DNA from: Myxococcales bacterium
GTDB taxonomy: Bacteria > Myxococcota_A > UBA9042
DNA length: 64,000 nt
Assembly: GCA_037441385.1 (NCBI GenBank)
Contig: JBBISH010000004.1
Location: forward strand, 86,659-150,658
Direction of reading: 5' to 3'
Part shown: positions 35,807-45,760 of the stretch, piece by piece
Numbering within the stretch: the first letter of the stretch is position 1
Layout: each line of letters opens with the position of its first letter
Program-made: the position numbers and the translations under genes
The notes under the pieces: model-generated
What the model was told of the DNA's origin: nothing
The model's database searches: none
Seen by the model: the letters and a program-made list of their open reading frames with translations, nothing else

Positions 35807-37708
35807 ATGCCGCCTTGGGCCCCCTACCTTGTGGCCGCGCTGAACGTGCTCACTTGGAGCATTGCGGTGGCGATTTTGGCCAGCGGTGTCGACGACTTAC
35901 TCATCGACTTGCTGTACTGGGCGCGGCGACTGGGTCAACGGTTGGGCTGGTTGGCGCGGCCCAAGCGCGTCACCGTGGACGAGCTGCGGGCGCTACCGCA
36001 GCGGCCGCTGGCGCTGCTGGTGCCGGCGTGGCGCGAGGCGGAGGTCATCGCCCAGATGGCGCAGAACACGTTGCGCACGCTGGAGTACGGCAACTACGTC
36101 GTGTTCATCGGCACGTACCGCAACGACGCGGCGACGACCGACGAGGTGGCTGCGATGTGCCGCGCCGATCCGCAGCGCGTCGTGCGCGCCCATGTCGACC
36201 GCGACGGCCCGACCTGCAAGGCCGACTGCCTGAACTGGGTGTTGCGCGAGGTGGCCGAGTACGAACGGCGCACCGGGATTCAGTTTGCCGGCACGGTCAT
36301 GCACGACTGCGAGGACGTGGTGCACCCGCTGGAACTGCTGTACTGCAACTGGCAGTTGGGGCAGGCGGACCTTGTGCAACTCCCCGTGATGTCTTTGGAT
36401 CTGCCCTGGCATAGCTGGGTGGGCGGCGCCTACCTGGACGACTTCAGCGAAGTGCACCAAAAGGACTTGGCGGTGCGCCACTGGCTGACGGGCCTGGTGC
36501 CGGGGGCGGGCGTGGCCCTTTGCTACAGCCGGCGGGCGCTTGCGGCCATGTCGCAGCACCACCAGGGCCAGCCGTTCAACACGGACTCGCTGACCGAGGA
36601 CTACGATTTCAGCTTCCGCTTGGCGCAGCTGCCGGGTGCGTCCGGTGCGGCGACCATGCGCCAACACTTTGCGGATCAACCGGTGCTGGGTGCGGGGGCC
36701 CGGCAGCGGCATTGGTGGCGGCGACCGGCGACCGCGACGGGGCTGCTGGCGACCTGCGAGTACTTCCCAAGCACCTTTCGCACGGCCTACCGGCAGCGGA
36801 CCCGCTGGACCATCGGCATCGCGCTGCTGGGCTGGCGGCAGTTGGGCTGGCGCGGCAGTCTGGCGGCGCGCTGGATGTTCGTGCGCGATCGCAAGGGGTT
36901 GTTCACGGCGCCGATCTCGATGCTGTCGTACGCCCTGCTCGCGGCCGTGGCGCTGTTGGCGGCCCTGCAACCGCGGTGGATGCCCCAGCTGGCGCTGCTG
37001 CAGGCGCCGATCCGGCCTTTGCTGTGGTGCAATTTGGCGCTGCTTGCCAACCGCGCCGGTCAGCGCATGTACTTTGTGGCGGGGGCCAACGGCGTGGAGC
37101 AGGGCCTGGCGGCGCTGCCGCGGATGATCGTCAACAACTTCATCAATTTCGTGGCGGTCTCGCGGGCCTGGCAGCAGTGGCTGGGCCACCTGTGGAGTGG
37201 CAAGCCGATCCTGTGGGACAAGACGCAGCACACCTTCCCCACGCAGGATGCGCTCAGCTACCGCGAGCGGATGCTGGGCCAGGTGCTCATCGATCGCGGC
37301 ATTTTGAGCGAGGACCACTTGAACGCGGCCCTGGCACATCACCGCGCCTCGGGGACGCGCCTGAGCAAGGTGCTCATCGAGCAAGGCCATGTTACGCCCG
37401 AGGTTTTGGCGGACGCCGTGGCCGACGAGCACAAACTGCCCCGCGCGCGCCGCGACTCGCAGCCGCTGCGGCAGGTCGCTGGGCGCATGTCGCAGCTGAT
37501 CGCGGCCCACCAAGTGGTGCCCGTCGATGTGGTGGGGCAGGATACCCTGCAGGTGGCGGTGGCCGACGTTCCGGGACCTGAAGTGACGCGAAAACTGCGT
37601 GCCATCAGCGGGATGCAGGTAGCCTACGTGGTGGCGCGCGACGACGACGTGGAGCGTTGGGTGCAAGAGCTGACCCCACTCGGCCAGCCGGACGACCTCC
37701 AGGCATGA
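35807..37708 (+). CDS. nfrB: NfrB-like processive GT2 glycosyltransferase with MshEN domain
   Basis: PAWRE, GTYRND, GPTCKADCLN, HDCEDVVHPLEL, SLTEDY, EYFP, RQRTRWTIGI, RDRKG and WDKTQHTFP parallel E. coli NfrB; C-terminal MshEN-like repeats. Confidence 0.9.
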   Translation: MPPWAPYLVAALNVLTWSIAVAILASGVDDLLIDLLYWARRLGQRLGWLARPKRVTVDELRALPQRPLALLVPAWREAEVIAQMAQNTLRTLEYGNYVVFIGTYRNDAATTDEVAAMCRADPQRVVRAHVDRDGPTCKADCLNWVLREVAEYERRTGIQFAGTVMHDCEDVVHPLELLYCNWQLGQADLVQLPVMSLDLPWHSWVGGAYLDDFSEVHQKDLAVRHWLTGLVPGAGVALCYSRRALAAMSQHHQGQPFNTDSLTEDYDFSFRLAQLPGASGAATMRQHFADQPVLGAGARQRHWWRRPATATGLLATCEYFPSTFRTAYRQRTRWTIGIALLGWRQLGWRGSLAARWMFVRDRKGLFTAPISMLSYALLAAVALLAALQPRWMPQLALLQAPIRPLLWCNLALLANRAGQRMYFVAGANGVEQGLAALPRMIVNNFINFVAVSRAWQQWLGHLWSGKPILWDKTQHTFPTQDALSYRERMLGQVLIDRGILSEDHLNAALAHHRASGTRLSKVLIEQGHVTPEVLADAVADEHKLPRARRDSQPLRQVAGRMSQLIAAHQVVPVDVVGQDTLQVAVADVPGPEVTRKLRAISGMQVAYVVARDDDVERWVQELTPLGQPDDLQA

Positions 37709-39294
37709 GCCGACGCGCCATTTTGCTAGCCATAACCTTTGGTTGCCTGACCAGCGCTGCGGCGATGCCGGCCCGTGCCGACGTCGGTTCGCCCGCGGCC
37801 GCCACGCCAACCGAGGCCTCGGCCGATCCAGCCACTGCCGCCCTGCGCGCGCGTTGGCAGCGTCAAGCGACACCCGATGTGGGCCTGCAGATTTTGGCCG
37901 CGCTGGTCGCCGCCGGACAGCCCGCCCAGGCCAAGCAGTGGGCGCTGCAGCTGGAGCAGCGCTACCCGGCCCAACCGGTGGTGCGGGCAGACCTGGGGTA
38001 TTTCTGGTACCAGATCGCCGACTTCAAGCGCGCCCAGGCTGCCTTTGCCGCGGCCTTGCAGGGCGACGTGTGGTCGGCCGAGCAGCGGCGCAACCTGCAA
38101 CTGGCCTTGGCGACGGCCGCGGAGCAAGCGGGCGACCTGGCCACGGCCATCGGCGCGCTGCTGCCCCTGTGCCACGACGGCGACGTGGCGCTGCTGCTGC
38201 GCGTGGGGCGGATGTACCTCAATGACCGCAACCGTCCGGCTGCACTGGCGATGGCCCGGAGGATCCAGAAGTTGGCGCGCACGCCCGAGCAGCTAACGGC
38301 GGCCGAAGAGTTCATGGTCGATGTCGTACAACCTGCCAATGATACAGTGGGTTTCTACCATCTGAACCAGGGCTACAAGCACATTCGCCAGCACGACGAC
38401 GCGGCAGCCGTCGAGGACTTTGCCCGCGCATTTGCCGTGGGGGCCGGTCGCGGCTTCCACTTTGCCGACGGTGCCTACGCGGCCAAGCGGGTGGCCAACA
38501 ACCCCTTGTCGGTCAAATGGTTTCACTTTGCGCTGGATCTGGACAGCGAGGACCATGCCTTTGACCCCCAGCAAGCCTACGGCTTTCGCCGCGAGATCGA
38601 GACGTTGGAGCGGCAATTCGGCGGCCAGATCGGCTCGCCCTTTCACGCAGGGATGCTCAACGTGTGGCAGGTGGGGCTAGAAGGCTATTGGCAGCCGCCG
38701 GTGATCGGCTTCCGCAATGGCCAAGTCCTGCAAGTCATTGCGCGGATGTACGAAAACCTGCGCAACGGCGGCTACGGCGCGATCGGCTGGCGCACGGCGC
38801 AGGCGGCGTTTGGTGTGAAGTACAAGCCGCTGTTTGACCAGAATGTCATGATCTCGCTTGAGAAGCTGGTGGCGATGGGCGGCCAAGCCAGCGACGACTG
38901 GCTGGTTCGCCTGGGCTGGTCGGGCGGCACCAACATCGACGTGCGGGTCGCGGGCGGCAACTGGCCGTCGTGGCGGGTATTTACCGAAGCGGCCTGGTTC
39001 GTGCAGGCGTCGCGGCTGCTTGTGGCCGGCGAGGCGCGGCTTGGCTGGACCGTGGCCGCGCCCCGTTGGCCGCAGTGGACGGTGGCGCCCCATGCGCTGC
39101 TCGCGGCCGAGTACGACACGGCGGCGCAGCAACCCCGCGCCCTGGCCGCGGGTCCGGGCCTGGACCTGCGCTGGTGGTTCGATGGCGACGAATTTCACGC
39201 GCCGCGACGCTGGCTGGAGGTTCACGGCAGCTTCCGCTGGGGCGACGCCGACCGCGCTGGCGGGCCGATGCTGCGGGCGACGCTGGCCCTGTAG
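37705..39294 (+). CDS. nfrA: NfrA-like TPR plus outer-membrane beta-barrel protein
   Basis: Signal peptide, TPR helices, GLEGYWQPP.IG.RNG, GVKYKPL..QN and DDWLVRLGWS; ATGA overlap with nfrB. Confidence 0.8.
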   Translation: MSRRAILLAITFGCLTSAAAMPARADVGSPAAATPTEASADPATAALRARWQRQATPDVGLQILAALVAAGQPAQAKQWALQLEQRYPAQPVVRADLGYFWYQIADFKRAQAAFAAALQGDVWSAEQRRNLQLALATAAEQAGDLATAIGALLPLCHDGDVALLLRVGRMYLNDRNRPAALAMARRIQKLARTPEQLTAAEEFMVDVVQPANDTVGFYHLNQGYKHIRQHDDAAAVEDFARAFAVGAGRGFHFADGAYAAKRVANNPLSVKWFHFALDLDSEDHAFDPQQAYGFRREIETLERQFGGQIGSPFHAGMLNVWQVGLEGYWQPPVIGFRNGQVLQVIARMYENLRNGGYGAIGWRTAQAAFGVKYKPLFDQNVMISLEKLVAMGGQASDDWLVRLGWSGGTNIDVRVAGGNWPSWRVFTEAAWFVQASRLLVAGEARLGWTVAAPRWPQWTVAPHALLAAEYDTAAQQPRALAAGPGLDLRWWFDGDEFHAPRRWLEVHGSFRWGDADRAGGPMLRATLAL

Positions 39295-39482
39295 CCGCGT
39301 GCCGGTCTTCCGCACATTCCCTATCCAACTCAGGCACATGACACAAGGGCGCATCGTGTCCGGCGCATCGTGTCTGGCGGCGGACGGGCGAAGTCGCAGG
39401 CCGGCGGCCCGCTCGTACCCATAGCCCGGACCGGGACCGAACCCCAGAACCGGAACTGGAGCCCGAGCCGGCCGTCAAGCCC

Positions 39483-42146
39483 CTACATCGGCGGAATCGC
39501 GTAGGTGCCGGGGTGCACTTCGCTGACGAATTCCAGTCCGTCCAGGATGACTTCCGAGTCAAAGATGCCGTCGCCGGTGTCGTGGACGTGGAAGGTCAGG
39601 TAGAAGTCCTCGCCCGGCTCGATGGGCCACTCGGTCTGCAGCCAGCCGGTCGACGAACCGGCCGAGGCGCTGTCGCTCGACTGCGACGCCGCGCACTCAA
39701 AACCGGTGCCCGAGATGTTGGTCTTGGCCTTGCCCTTGGGGCAGCCGTTCAGCCAGCAGCACTCGGAAAGCGCAGTGTTGATGGCAATGTAGCAGTAGCG
39801 GTCGCGCGGGTTGCAGAACTGCATGCCGGGGCTGCAGACAAAATCGGCGTAGGTGTCCGGCGCGCGGCAGTCGGTGTAGTTGATGACGGTGGGGGTGCCG
39901 CCGTTGGTGCTGCCGGCTTCCAAGATGGCGTAGAACTTGTCGTTGAAGCTGGAGCCCACGTAGTCGTCGTACTCTTCGCTGAAGAACACATGGCGGAAGC
40001 GCAGGCCGTTGGCGCCGGCCGGGGCCTTGAGGTGCAGCCGCCACTCCACGGCGTTGTGGACGTCGCTGCCGCCCTTGCCGCCAAAGGCAAACTTGTCGGC
40101 CATGACGCTGCCGCCGATGTCCTGGCTGTGGCTGGTGCCCGTGGCCGGCCCGGTGGCCAGCAGCGCGTAAGTGCCGCCCAGCTTTGGCTTCAGCGCGTTG
40201 CTGCTCGCGCCAAACTGGGTCACGGCGGCGTAGGTGCCGCTGGTGTTGCTGCCGGTAGGCGACGTAACCTTTTGATCCAGCAACACACTTTGATCGCAGA
40301 GGTCCAGGCCGCACGCCATCGCGGGCAAGTCGGTGCCGCCCTGAGCGCAGCTGCAGGCCCCGCCGATGGGTTTGGCCGTGGTAGCGGCGGTCTGCGTGCT
40401 GCTCTGCTGGCCGGCGGCAAAGGTCTGCTGGTACACCGCGAGCAGGTCGGCGATCTGCTGCAGATCCTTGTCGCTCCCCAGGGTCTCTTGCGCCGCCGCC
40501 ACTTCGGCGCTGGCCGCCTGCAGCGTCGCCTTGGCCACCGCGCCGGTCTGGTTCTGGGTGGCCTTCAGGGCGTCGCAGAACGCCACCACCGCCGCGCCTT
40601 TGTCCAGCAAGGCGTGCTTGGCCCCCAGCAATTCGCCAAACGTGGCGCTCCAGGTGGTCGTCATCGCCTTGTGGCTGACAGGGTGTTCCCATGTGGCGAC
40701 GACTTCCACCTTCTCGTTGCCGGTCAGCGCGTCCGGCGCGCAGCTCTGGATGACCTGGTGGAAAATCATCGCGTCGTTGGCAGCCAGGTGCTGCGGCTCC
40801 ACTTCGTCCTTGTTGGTCGAGATCTGCTCGCCGTAGAACTGTTGCACGGCAAACGTAGGCGGCAAGGTCACTTGCACCTGCACGTTGCGGGCCGCCACTT
40901 CCAGGTGCCGCAACAGCGCGGTGGCGAACAAATCCTGGGCCTCTTGCTGGCTGTCCAGGAAAACGTAGGCGCCCTTGCCCGCGTCCGTCACCGCGTTCAT
41001 TAGCTTGTCGTTGTAATTCCAGGGATCTCCTACGCCCGCGCCCATCAAGTAGATGCCGGTGCCGTCGTCTTTGCCCTGGGCGTTCTTGGCCGCGGCCGCG
41101 ATCAGGTCCACGTCTTGCTGGCCCACGTTGGCGCCACCGTCGCTGATCAAGATCACGCGGTTGATGGCGGTGCCGGAAAAGTGCTGGCTCGCCAGGCTGT
41201 AAGCCGTCTGCAGACCCGTCGAGAACGGCGAGTCGCCATTGGGTTGCAGGCCCGCGCACAGGGCCGCCAGCTTGCCGTCGTCCTTGCCCGTCATGGTCTT
41301 GCCGTCGACCAGCACTTCGACGGTCTTGCCCCAGCGCACCAGCGAGAAGGTGTCGCCCTTGTCGAGCGCGGCCACCAGGCCCGTGCACGCGGCGCGGGCG
41401 CGGTCGATGCCGGTGTCGCCGGGCGTCCCCCAACCCATCGACGACGAGGTATCGATCGTCAGCACCAGCTGGAAGCGCCGACGGGTGGCCTCGTCAAAAT
41501 CAGGCGCACGCACCCCCACTTGCAAGCGGAACGCCCCCTTGGCCTCGGCGCGCAGCTCGGCGCTGACGGTGACCTGGTCGGGCAGCGCCGCCGGGTAGGC
41601 AAAATCGTAGTAGTTCAGGAATTCCCATGGGCGCACGGCCTTGTACGCATATTGCCCCTGCAGGATGAGCCCGCGGGCGACCGTAGCGCTGGCCATCGAA
41701 TTGCTGTCGTCGGCCGACAAGTAGAGCGTGGTGGGGTCTGTGGTGTTGCAGCCGCCGGCGTCTTTGCTGGTGTCGCCGCTCGCGGTGTCGCCGGGTTGCG
41801 CGTCGGGCTGGGCGGTGGCGTCGGCCGAGCTCTCGCCGGTGGTCGTGCCGGCGTCGATGGACGGAAAATCGGCGCCTTGGTTGGGGTTTCCGGGCACGGC
41901 CGTACCGCTGGCGTCGCTAGCTGCCCCGCCCTTGCCGCCGTAGTCGCCGCTGGTCTGGGTGCCGGTGTTGCTGGACGAGCCTGCGTCGCTCTGGCTGGTG
42001 GTCGAGCCCAAGTTGCTTTTGCCCGGCGTGGACGTGGTGGCGCTGCCCATTTCTTCGGAACAACCACTTGCCAACAGACCGAGTGCGGCGGCGGCAAGCG
42101 AAAGGGCCAAAGAGGGTCGCAGGCGTTTCGAGGTGGTGCTGGTCAT
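39483..42146 (-). CDS. YfbK-like vWA lipoprotein with a C-terminal choice-of-anchor-L-like domain
   Basis: Lipobox LASGC; EFLNYY, DTSSSM, NRVILISDGGANVG; C-terminal FFSEEYDDYVGSSFNDKF and HDTGDGIFDSEV. Confidence 0.85.
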   Translation of the reverse strand: MTSTTSKRLRPSLALSLAAAALGLLASGCSEEMGSATTSTPGKSNLGSTTSQSDAGSSSNTGTQTSGDYGGKGGAASDASGTAVPGNPNQGADFPSIDAGTTTGESSADATAQPDAQPGDTASGDTSKDAGGCNTTDPTTLYLSADDSNSMASATVARGLILQGQYAYKAVRPWEFLNYYDFAYPAALPDQVTVSAELRAEAKGAFRLQVGVRAPDFDEATRRRFQLVLTIDTSSSMGWGTPGDTGIDRARAACTGLVAALDKGDTFSLVRWGKTVEVLVDGKTMTGKDDGKLAALCAGLQPNGDSPFSTGLQTAYSLASQHFSGTAINRVILISDGGANVGQQDVDLIAAAAKNAQGKDDGTGIYLMGAGVGDPWNYNDKLMNAVTDAGKGAYVFLDSQQEAQDLFATALLRHLEVAARNVQVQVTLPPTFAVQQFYGEQISTNKDEVEPQHLAANDAMIFHQVIQSCAPDALTGNEKVEVVATWEHPVSHKAMTTTWSATFGELLGAKHALLDKGAAVVAFCDALKATQNQTGAVAKATLQAASAEVAAAQETLGSDKDLQQIADLLAVYQQTFAAGQQSSTQTAATTAKPIGGACSCAQGGTDLPAMACGLDLCDQSVLLDQKVTSPTGSNTSGTYAAVTQFGASSNALKPKLGGTYALLATGPATGTSHSQDIGGSVMADKFAFGGKGGSDVHNAVEWRLHLKAPAGANGLRFRHVFFSEEYDDYVGSSFNDKFYAILEAGSTNGGTPTVINYTDCRAPDTYADFVCSPGMQFCNPRDRYCYIAINTALSECCWLNGCPKGKAKTNISGTGFECAASQSSDSASAGSSTGWLQTEWPIEPGEDFYLTFHVHDTGDGIFDSEVILDGLEFVSEVHPGTYAIPPM

Positions 42147-42206
42147 GGCTGTCTCCCAATTAGGTTCGCCGCGGCGGGTGGCTGCCAGCAGGCTGCTCCA
42201 GTGCGT

Positions 42207-42222
42207 TGCACACAGCGTGCCA
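42207..42222 (-). promoter_or_regulatory. sigma54 promoter of the vWA lipoprotein gene
   Basis: TGGCACGCTGTGTGCA (GG-N10-GC), 60 nt upstream of ATG 42146, which has a GGGAG RBS. Confidence 0.65.
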
Positions 42223-42389
42223 GCCGCCCAAAGGGCTACGCAACGTGATTTTCGGCTCCGGCTGGTGTAGAGATTTTCAGCAGTGCTGCTTTTTTCGACA
42301 CACCCTGGAACACCAACTACAAATCTCCGAGGTTCAGAGCAACGAGCCCACTCGGTGACGAAAACTCGTTGCTGCTCAGTGTGCTGCTC

Positions 42390-42517
42390 ATTCGAACCCC
42401 GTCTGATTCGCGCCTGTACGGCTTCTCTGACCCGGTCTCCAACCGGCGAGAATCAGGCGGGGACCCCGGTTCGGGCCCGAAGAATTGCCCGAGTTTTCGA
42501 TCCGATTCGGACGGAAC
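42390..42517 (+). repeat. ~128-bp repeat, copy 5
   Basis: Nearly identical to copy 1 (ATTCGAACCCCGTCTGATTCGCGCC...GATTCGGACGGAAC). Confidence 0.95.
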
Positions 42518-42612
42518 TGGTGTCAGTGGGTCGCAAGCGGGCCCCCCAGAGCCCTGCTCTGGCGCGACCCGCCGCGACGTTTGCCCCCAGGACTGGGTTT
42601 CTGATCGGTGCC

Positions 42613-44406
42613 CTAGAAGCCCAGGATCCCGGCTCGCCGGTGCACGACCTGCCACTGGCCCGAAAAGTCCATCGCCAGCGGCAGCAATTGGTCGCCGTCG
42701 ACCTGCAGCCACACGTGGTCGGGGTGCGCCAGCGGCCGTGGCAAGCGCAGCTCGATGGCGGTGGGGTGCCCGGCGGCATCCAGCGACGCCACCGTCACTT
42801 GCGCGCCGCCCAAGTCGACGACCTGCCCCACCGGCAGCGGCCGACTCGCCGCGCGGACCAGGCGCTCGGCTTCCGTAGTCAGCATCGGGGCTTGCAACGT
42901 CTCTAGCCGCAGCGTGTGGGCGTCCAGCGCGCGCACCCGCACGTCGGTGTAGGCCATGCACAACGGCAGCCACAGCGACGGCGACGGTTGCCCGCGGGCC
43001 ATGCGGCTCACGGGCATCCAGGCCACCAGCAGGTCCGGCGACACCGGCAAAATCGCCACCTTCCCCGCGGCCGCGGTCATGGCGGGCGCTGCAACGACCC
43101 GATCAAAGCGCTTGCCCAGCACCGCGAGTCCCGTGCCCGCCACCGCGAACGCCAGCGGCGACGCCACCAAATGAACGGCCAAGGCGAGCAGGGCCAACCC
43201 ACGCAAGCCGGCGATATCACTTGGCCCATGCGCACGCTGCACCGCCGCGGCCAGCCGGGGCCAGGCTTCGGCCGCCGCCAGCGCCACGGCCGCAGCCATC
43301 CCCAGCGAGGGCACCAGCAACAGCCGGCCCGCCGCAAACGTCGCGCATGCCGGCAGCAGCGCCGCCCCGCAACCGAGCCCCAACCAGGCCAGGTGCCGCT
43401 GCTCGTCGGCGCACAGTCGCTGCCAGGCCGACCGCAACAACCAGGCAAATCCGCTGGCGATCGCCGTCCCCAGCAGCGCCAAGGGCACCTCCGCCTGCGG
43501 CACCGCCACCGCCACCTCGACCGGCAGGCGCAGCAGCCCGCCGCCCACCAGCGCCGGCAGCCGCAGCAGCGTCTGCGCCAAGAAAGCCCGCGTCTCGCCC
43601 AGTGGATCCAGGTACGAACCCGAGCCGCGCGCGCCGTAGCCGCCGGCCTTGTACAAGACCAGCCACACCGCGATCGGCGCGGCCAGCGCGACAACACGCC
43701 GAATTCGTTGCCGATACGAGCTGGCACTTGGCTGCGGTCCCCCCAGCGCCTCGTAGGCCAGTGGCAAGGCCAGCGCCCCCAGCGCGGTCTCGCCCCCGGC
43801 CAGGCCCAGCAACCAACCCAGCACGGCCAACCACGCCCCGGGTCGCCAGCGCTGCTCGCGCCACTGCAGCCAGAACTCCATGCCCCACAGGGCACAAGCC
43901 GCCGAGATCAGGGCGTTGTGATTGGCCACCCACGTCACCGACATCGCGTGACCGTCGTCGACGGCATAGATCAGCGCCGCCAAGGCACCCAGGCGAGGCC
44001 CCAGGGCCCGCGCCAGCAAACGCGCCACAGCGGCCACCGTGGCCACATACAGCGCCACGCCCAAAGCGTGCAGCACCCACGGCTGCTCGAAGGTCGCCCG
44101 ATACCCCAGCCACAGCACCGCGCTGGACAAAGGGCGCCAAAAACGCAAGCTCAGGTCTGGCGCTGTCCACCACGGCAGCCCGTGGCCCACCATGAAGCGC
44201 CACCGCTCGGGCTGACCATCGGCAAAATCAAAAAGTTCCACGCCACCGGGGTGCCCAGGCAGGTTGCCCAGGGCGGCCGCGGCGTGCATGTAGTCGTCCA
44301 CGAGCCAGCCCGCCGCCAAGGTGGGCAGCGCCAGAATCAGCGCCGCCCCCAGCGCCGTGCGCGGCGAAGAGGCCCACGTCAGGAGTCGGCTCAGCCACGC
44401 CGCCAC
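42613..44406 (-). CDS. Polytopic membrane protein, probable GT-C glycosyltransferase
   Basis: First-loop DDY, FWRPLS, H...V.W.AN and GE.A motifs; many TMs; follows wecB closely. Confidence 0.7.
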   Translation of the reverse strand: MAAWLSRLLTWASSPRTALGAALILALPTLAAGWLVDDYMHAAAALGNLPGHPGGVELFDFADGQPERWRFMVGHGLPWWTAPDLSLRFWRPLSSAVLWLGYRATFEQPWVLHALGVALYVATVAAVARLLARALGPRLGALAALIYAVDDGHAMSVTWVANHNALISAACALWGMEFWLQWREQRWRPGAWLAVLGWLLGLAGGETALGALALPLAYEALGGPQPSASSYRQRIRRVVALAAPIAVWLVLYKAGGYGARGSGSYLDPLGETRAFLAQTLLRLPALVGGGLLRLPVEVAVAVPQAEVPLALLGTAIASGFAWLLRSAWQRLCADEQRHLAWLGLGCGAALLPACATFAAGRLLLVPSLGMAAAVALAAAEAWPRLAAAVQRAHGPSDIAGLRGLALLALAVHLVASPLAFAVAGTGLAVLGKRFDRVVAAPAMTAAAGKVAILPVSPDLLVAWMPVSRMARGQPSPSLWLPLCMAYTDVRVRALDAHTLRLETLQAPMLTTEAERLVRAASRPLPVGQVVDLGGAQVTVASLDAAGHPTAIELRLPRPLAHPDHVWLQVDGDQLLPLAMDFSGQWQVVHRRAGILGF

Positions 44407-44434
44407 CGGTGGCTAGCTCCGCCGCCAGGGCCAA

Positions 44435-45733
44435 TCAGCTGGCATTCGGCCCCACTGCACGCACCGCGGCGGTCACAGAAGTGTGCATGCGCGCTGGGCG
44501 TGGCGGCAGGTCGATCAAGTCGCTCAACAACCGCGCCACGATCCGCTGCGACGCCTTGCCATCGCCAAACGGGTTGGGACCGCGGTGGAACCACGGCGGA
44601 TCCTTGCCGCGCTCCAGCGACGCCAGCAGTTCCTCCAGCGCCGGCTGCACCACCGCGGGCACAAGGCCCACCAGCTGGGCCATACCGGCGGCCACCACTT
44701 CGGGGCGCTCGGTCGAAGTGCGCAGCACCAGCAACGGCTTGCCAAAACTGGGCAACTCCTCTTGCAGTCCACCCGAGTCGCTCAGGGCAAAGTCGACGTG
44801 CTGCATCAAATAAAGCATCGCGCGGTAGGGCAGCGGCGGCATCAGGTGCACGCCGGGGAGATCGGCCAACAGCTCCAGAGCGACCTGGCGCACCGCCGGG
44901 TTCAAGTGGTACGGGTAGATCAGGTCCAGCTGCGGGTGCCGGGCAGCCACCTGGCGGATCATCCTAAAGAAGTCACCCAGTTGCGCCCCTTGATTCTCGC
45001 GCCGATGCACGGTCAAGAGCGCCAAAGGCCGCCGACACCCCGCACCGCGCGTCGCCAGGGCGGCCGCCAGCTCGGGCGCCTCGTGCGGCAACAGGCGTGC
45101 GGCGTAGTCGGCCGGCAACTTCTCGCTCAGCACCAGTTGCAGCGTGTCTACGATGGTGTTGCCGGTAATTTGCCGTGCCGCCGCGGGCACTTGTTCAGCG
45201 GCCAGTTGCTGGTCCGCCTCGCGAGTGGGCGGGAAGTGCCACGTCGCGATGCGGCCAACCAGTTGCCGGTTCAGCTCTTCGGGAAACGGCTGGTCCAGTT
45301 GGTGCGTCCGCAGCCCCGCTTCGACGTGTGCCACCGGAATCTGCCGATAGAAGGCCGCCAGCGCCGCGACAAACGCGGTGGTGGTATCGCCTTGCACCAC
45401 AACGGCATGGGGGCGCTCGCGGGCGAACTCGGCGTCCAAGGCCTTCAAGAGCGACGCAGTCAGTGAGGCCAGGTCGGGCTGCTGATTGGCCACGCCCAGC
45501 TGCCGGCAGTCGTCCAGGTCAAACAGTTCGGGAAGACCCCTCAGCAATTCGCGGTGCTGCCCGGTCAAGATGACAGAAGTGTCCACCGACTCGCATTGGC
45601 GACGCAGTTCGAGCACCACCGGCGCGAGCTTCAAGTATTCGGGCCGCGTGCCCAGCACCACCGCGATCCGCGGGCGCTGCGCTGGGGGAGCAGAGTGGGG
45701 GGACGAAGCCGGCAACCAACACCTCGCAAGCAA
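44435..45733 (-). CDS. wecB: UDP-N-acetylglucosamine 2-epimerase (non-hydrolysing)
   Basis: GTRPE, TGQH, VQGDTTT, HVEAGLR, PFPEE.NR, TGNT..D, HRREN, HLNP, DSGGLQEE, TERPE and NPFGDG; exact start uncertain. Confidence 0.95.
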   Translation of the reverse strand: MLARCWLPASSPHSAPPAQRPRIAVVLGTRPEYLKLAPVVLELRRQCESVDTSVILTGQHRELLRGLPELFDLDDCRQLGVANQQPDLASLTASLLKALDAEFARERPHAVVVQGDTTTAFVAALAAFYRQIPVAHVEAGLRTHQLDQPFPEELNRQLVGRIATWHFPPTREADQQLAAEQVPAAARQITGNTIVDTLQLVLSEKLPADYAARLLPHEAPELAAALATRGAGCRRPLALLTVHRRENQGAQLGDFFRMIRQVAARHPQLDLIYPYHLNPAVRQVALELLADLPGVHLMPPLPYRAMLYLMQHVDFALSDSGGLQEELPSFGKPLLVLRTSTERPEVVAAGMAQLVGLVPAVVQPALEELLASLERGKDPPWFHRGPNPFGDGKASQRIVARLLSDLIDLPPRPARMHTSVTAAVRAVGPNAS

Positions 45734-45760
45734 CGAACCAAACCGACGGGCAGGGGCGAG

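Noticed and set aside
39424..39472. Degenerate CCGGAN-like hexamer run between convergent genes
   Set aside because: Too short and degenerate to distinguish from GC-rich low complexity.
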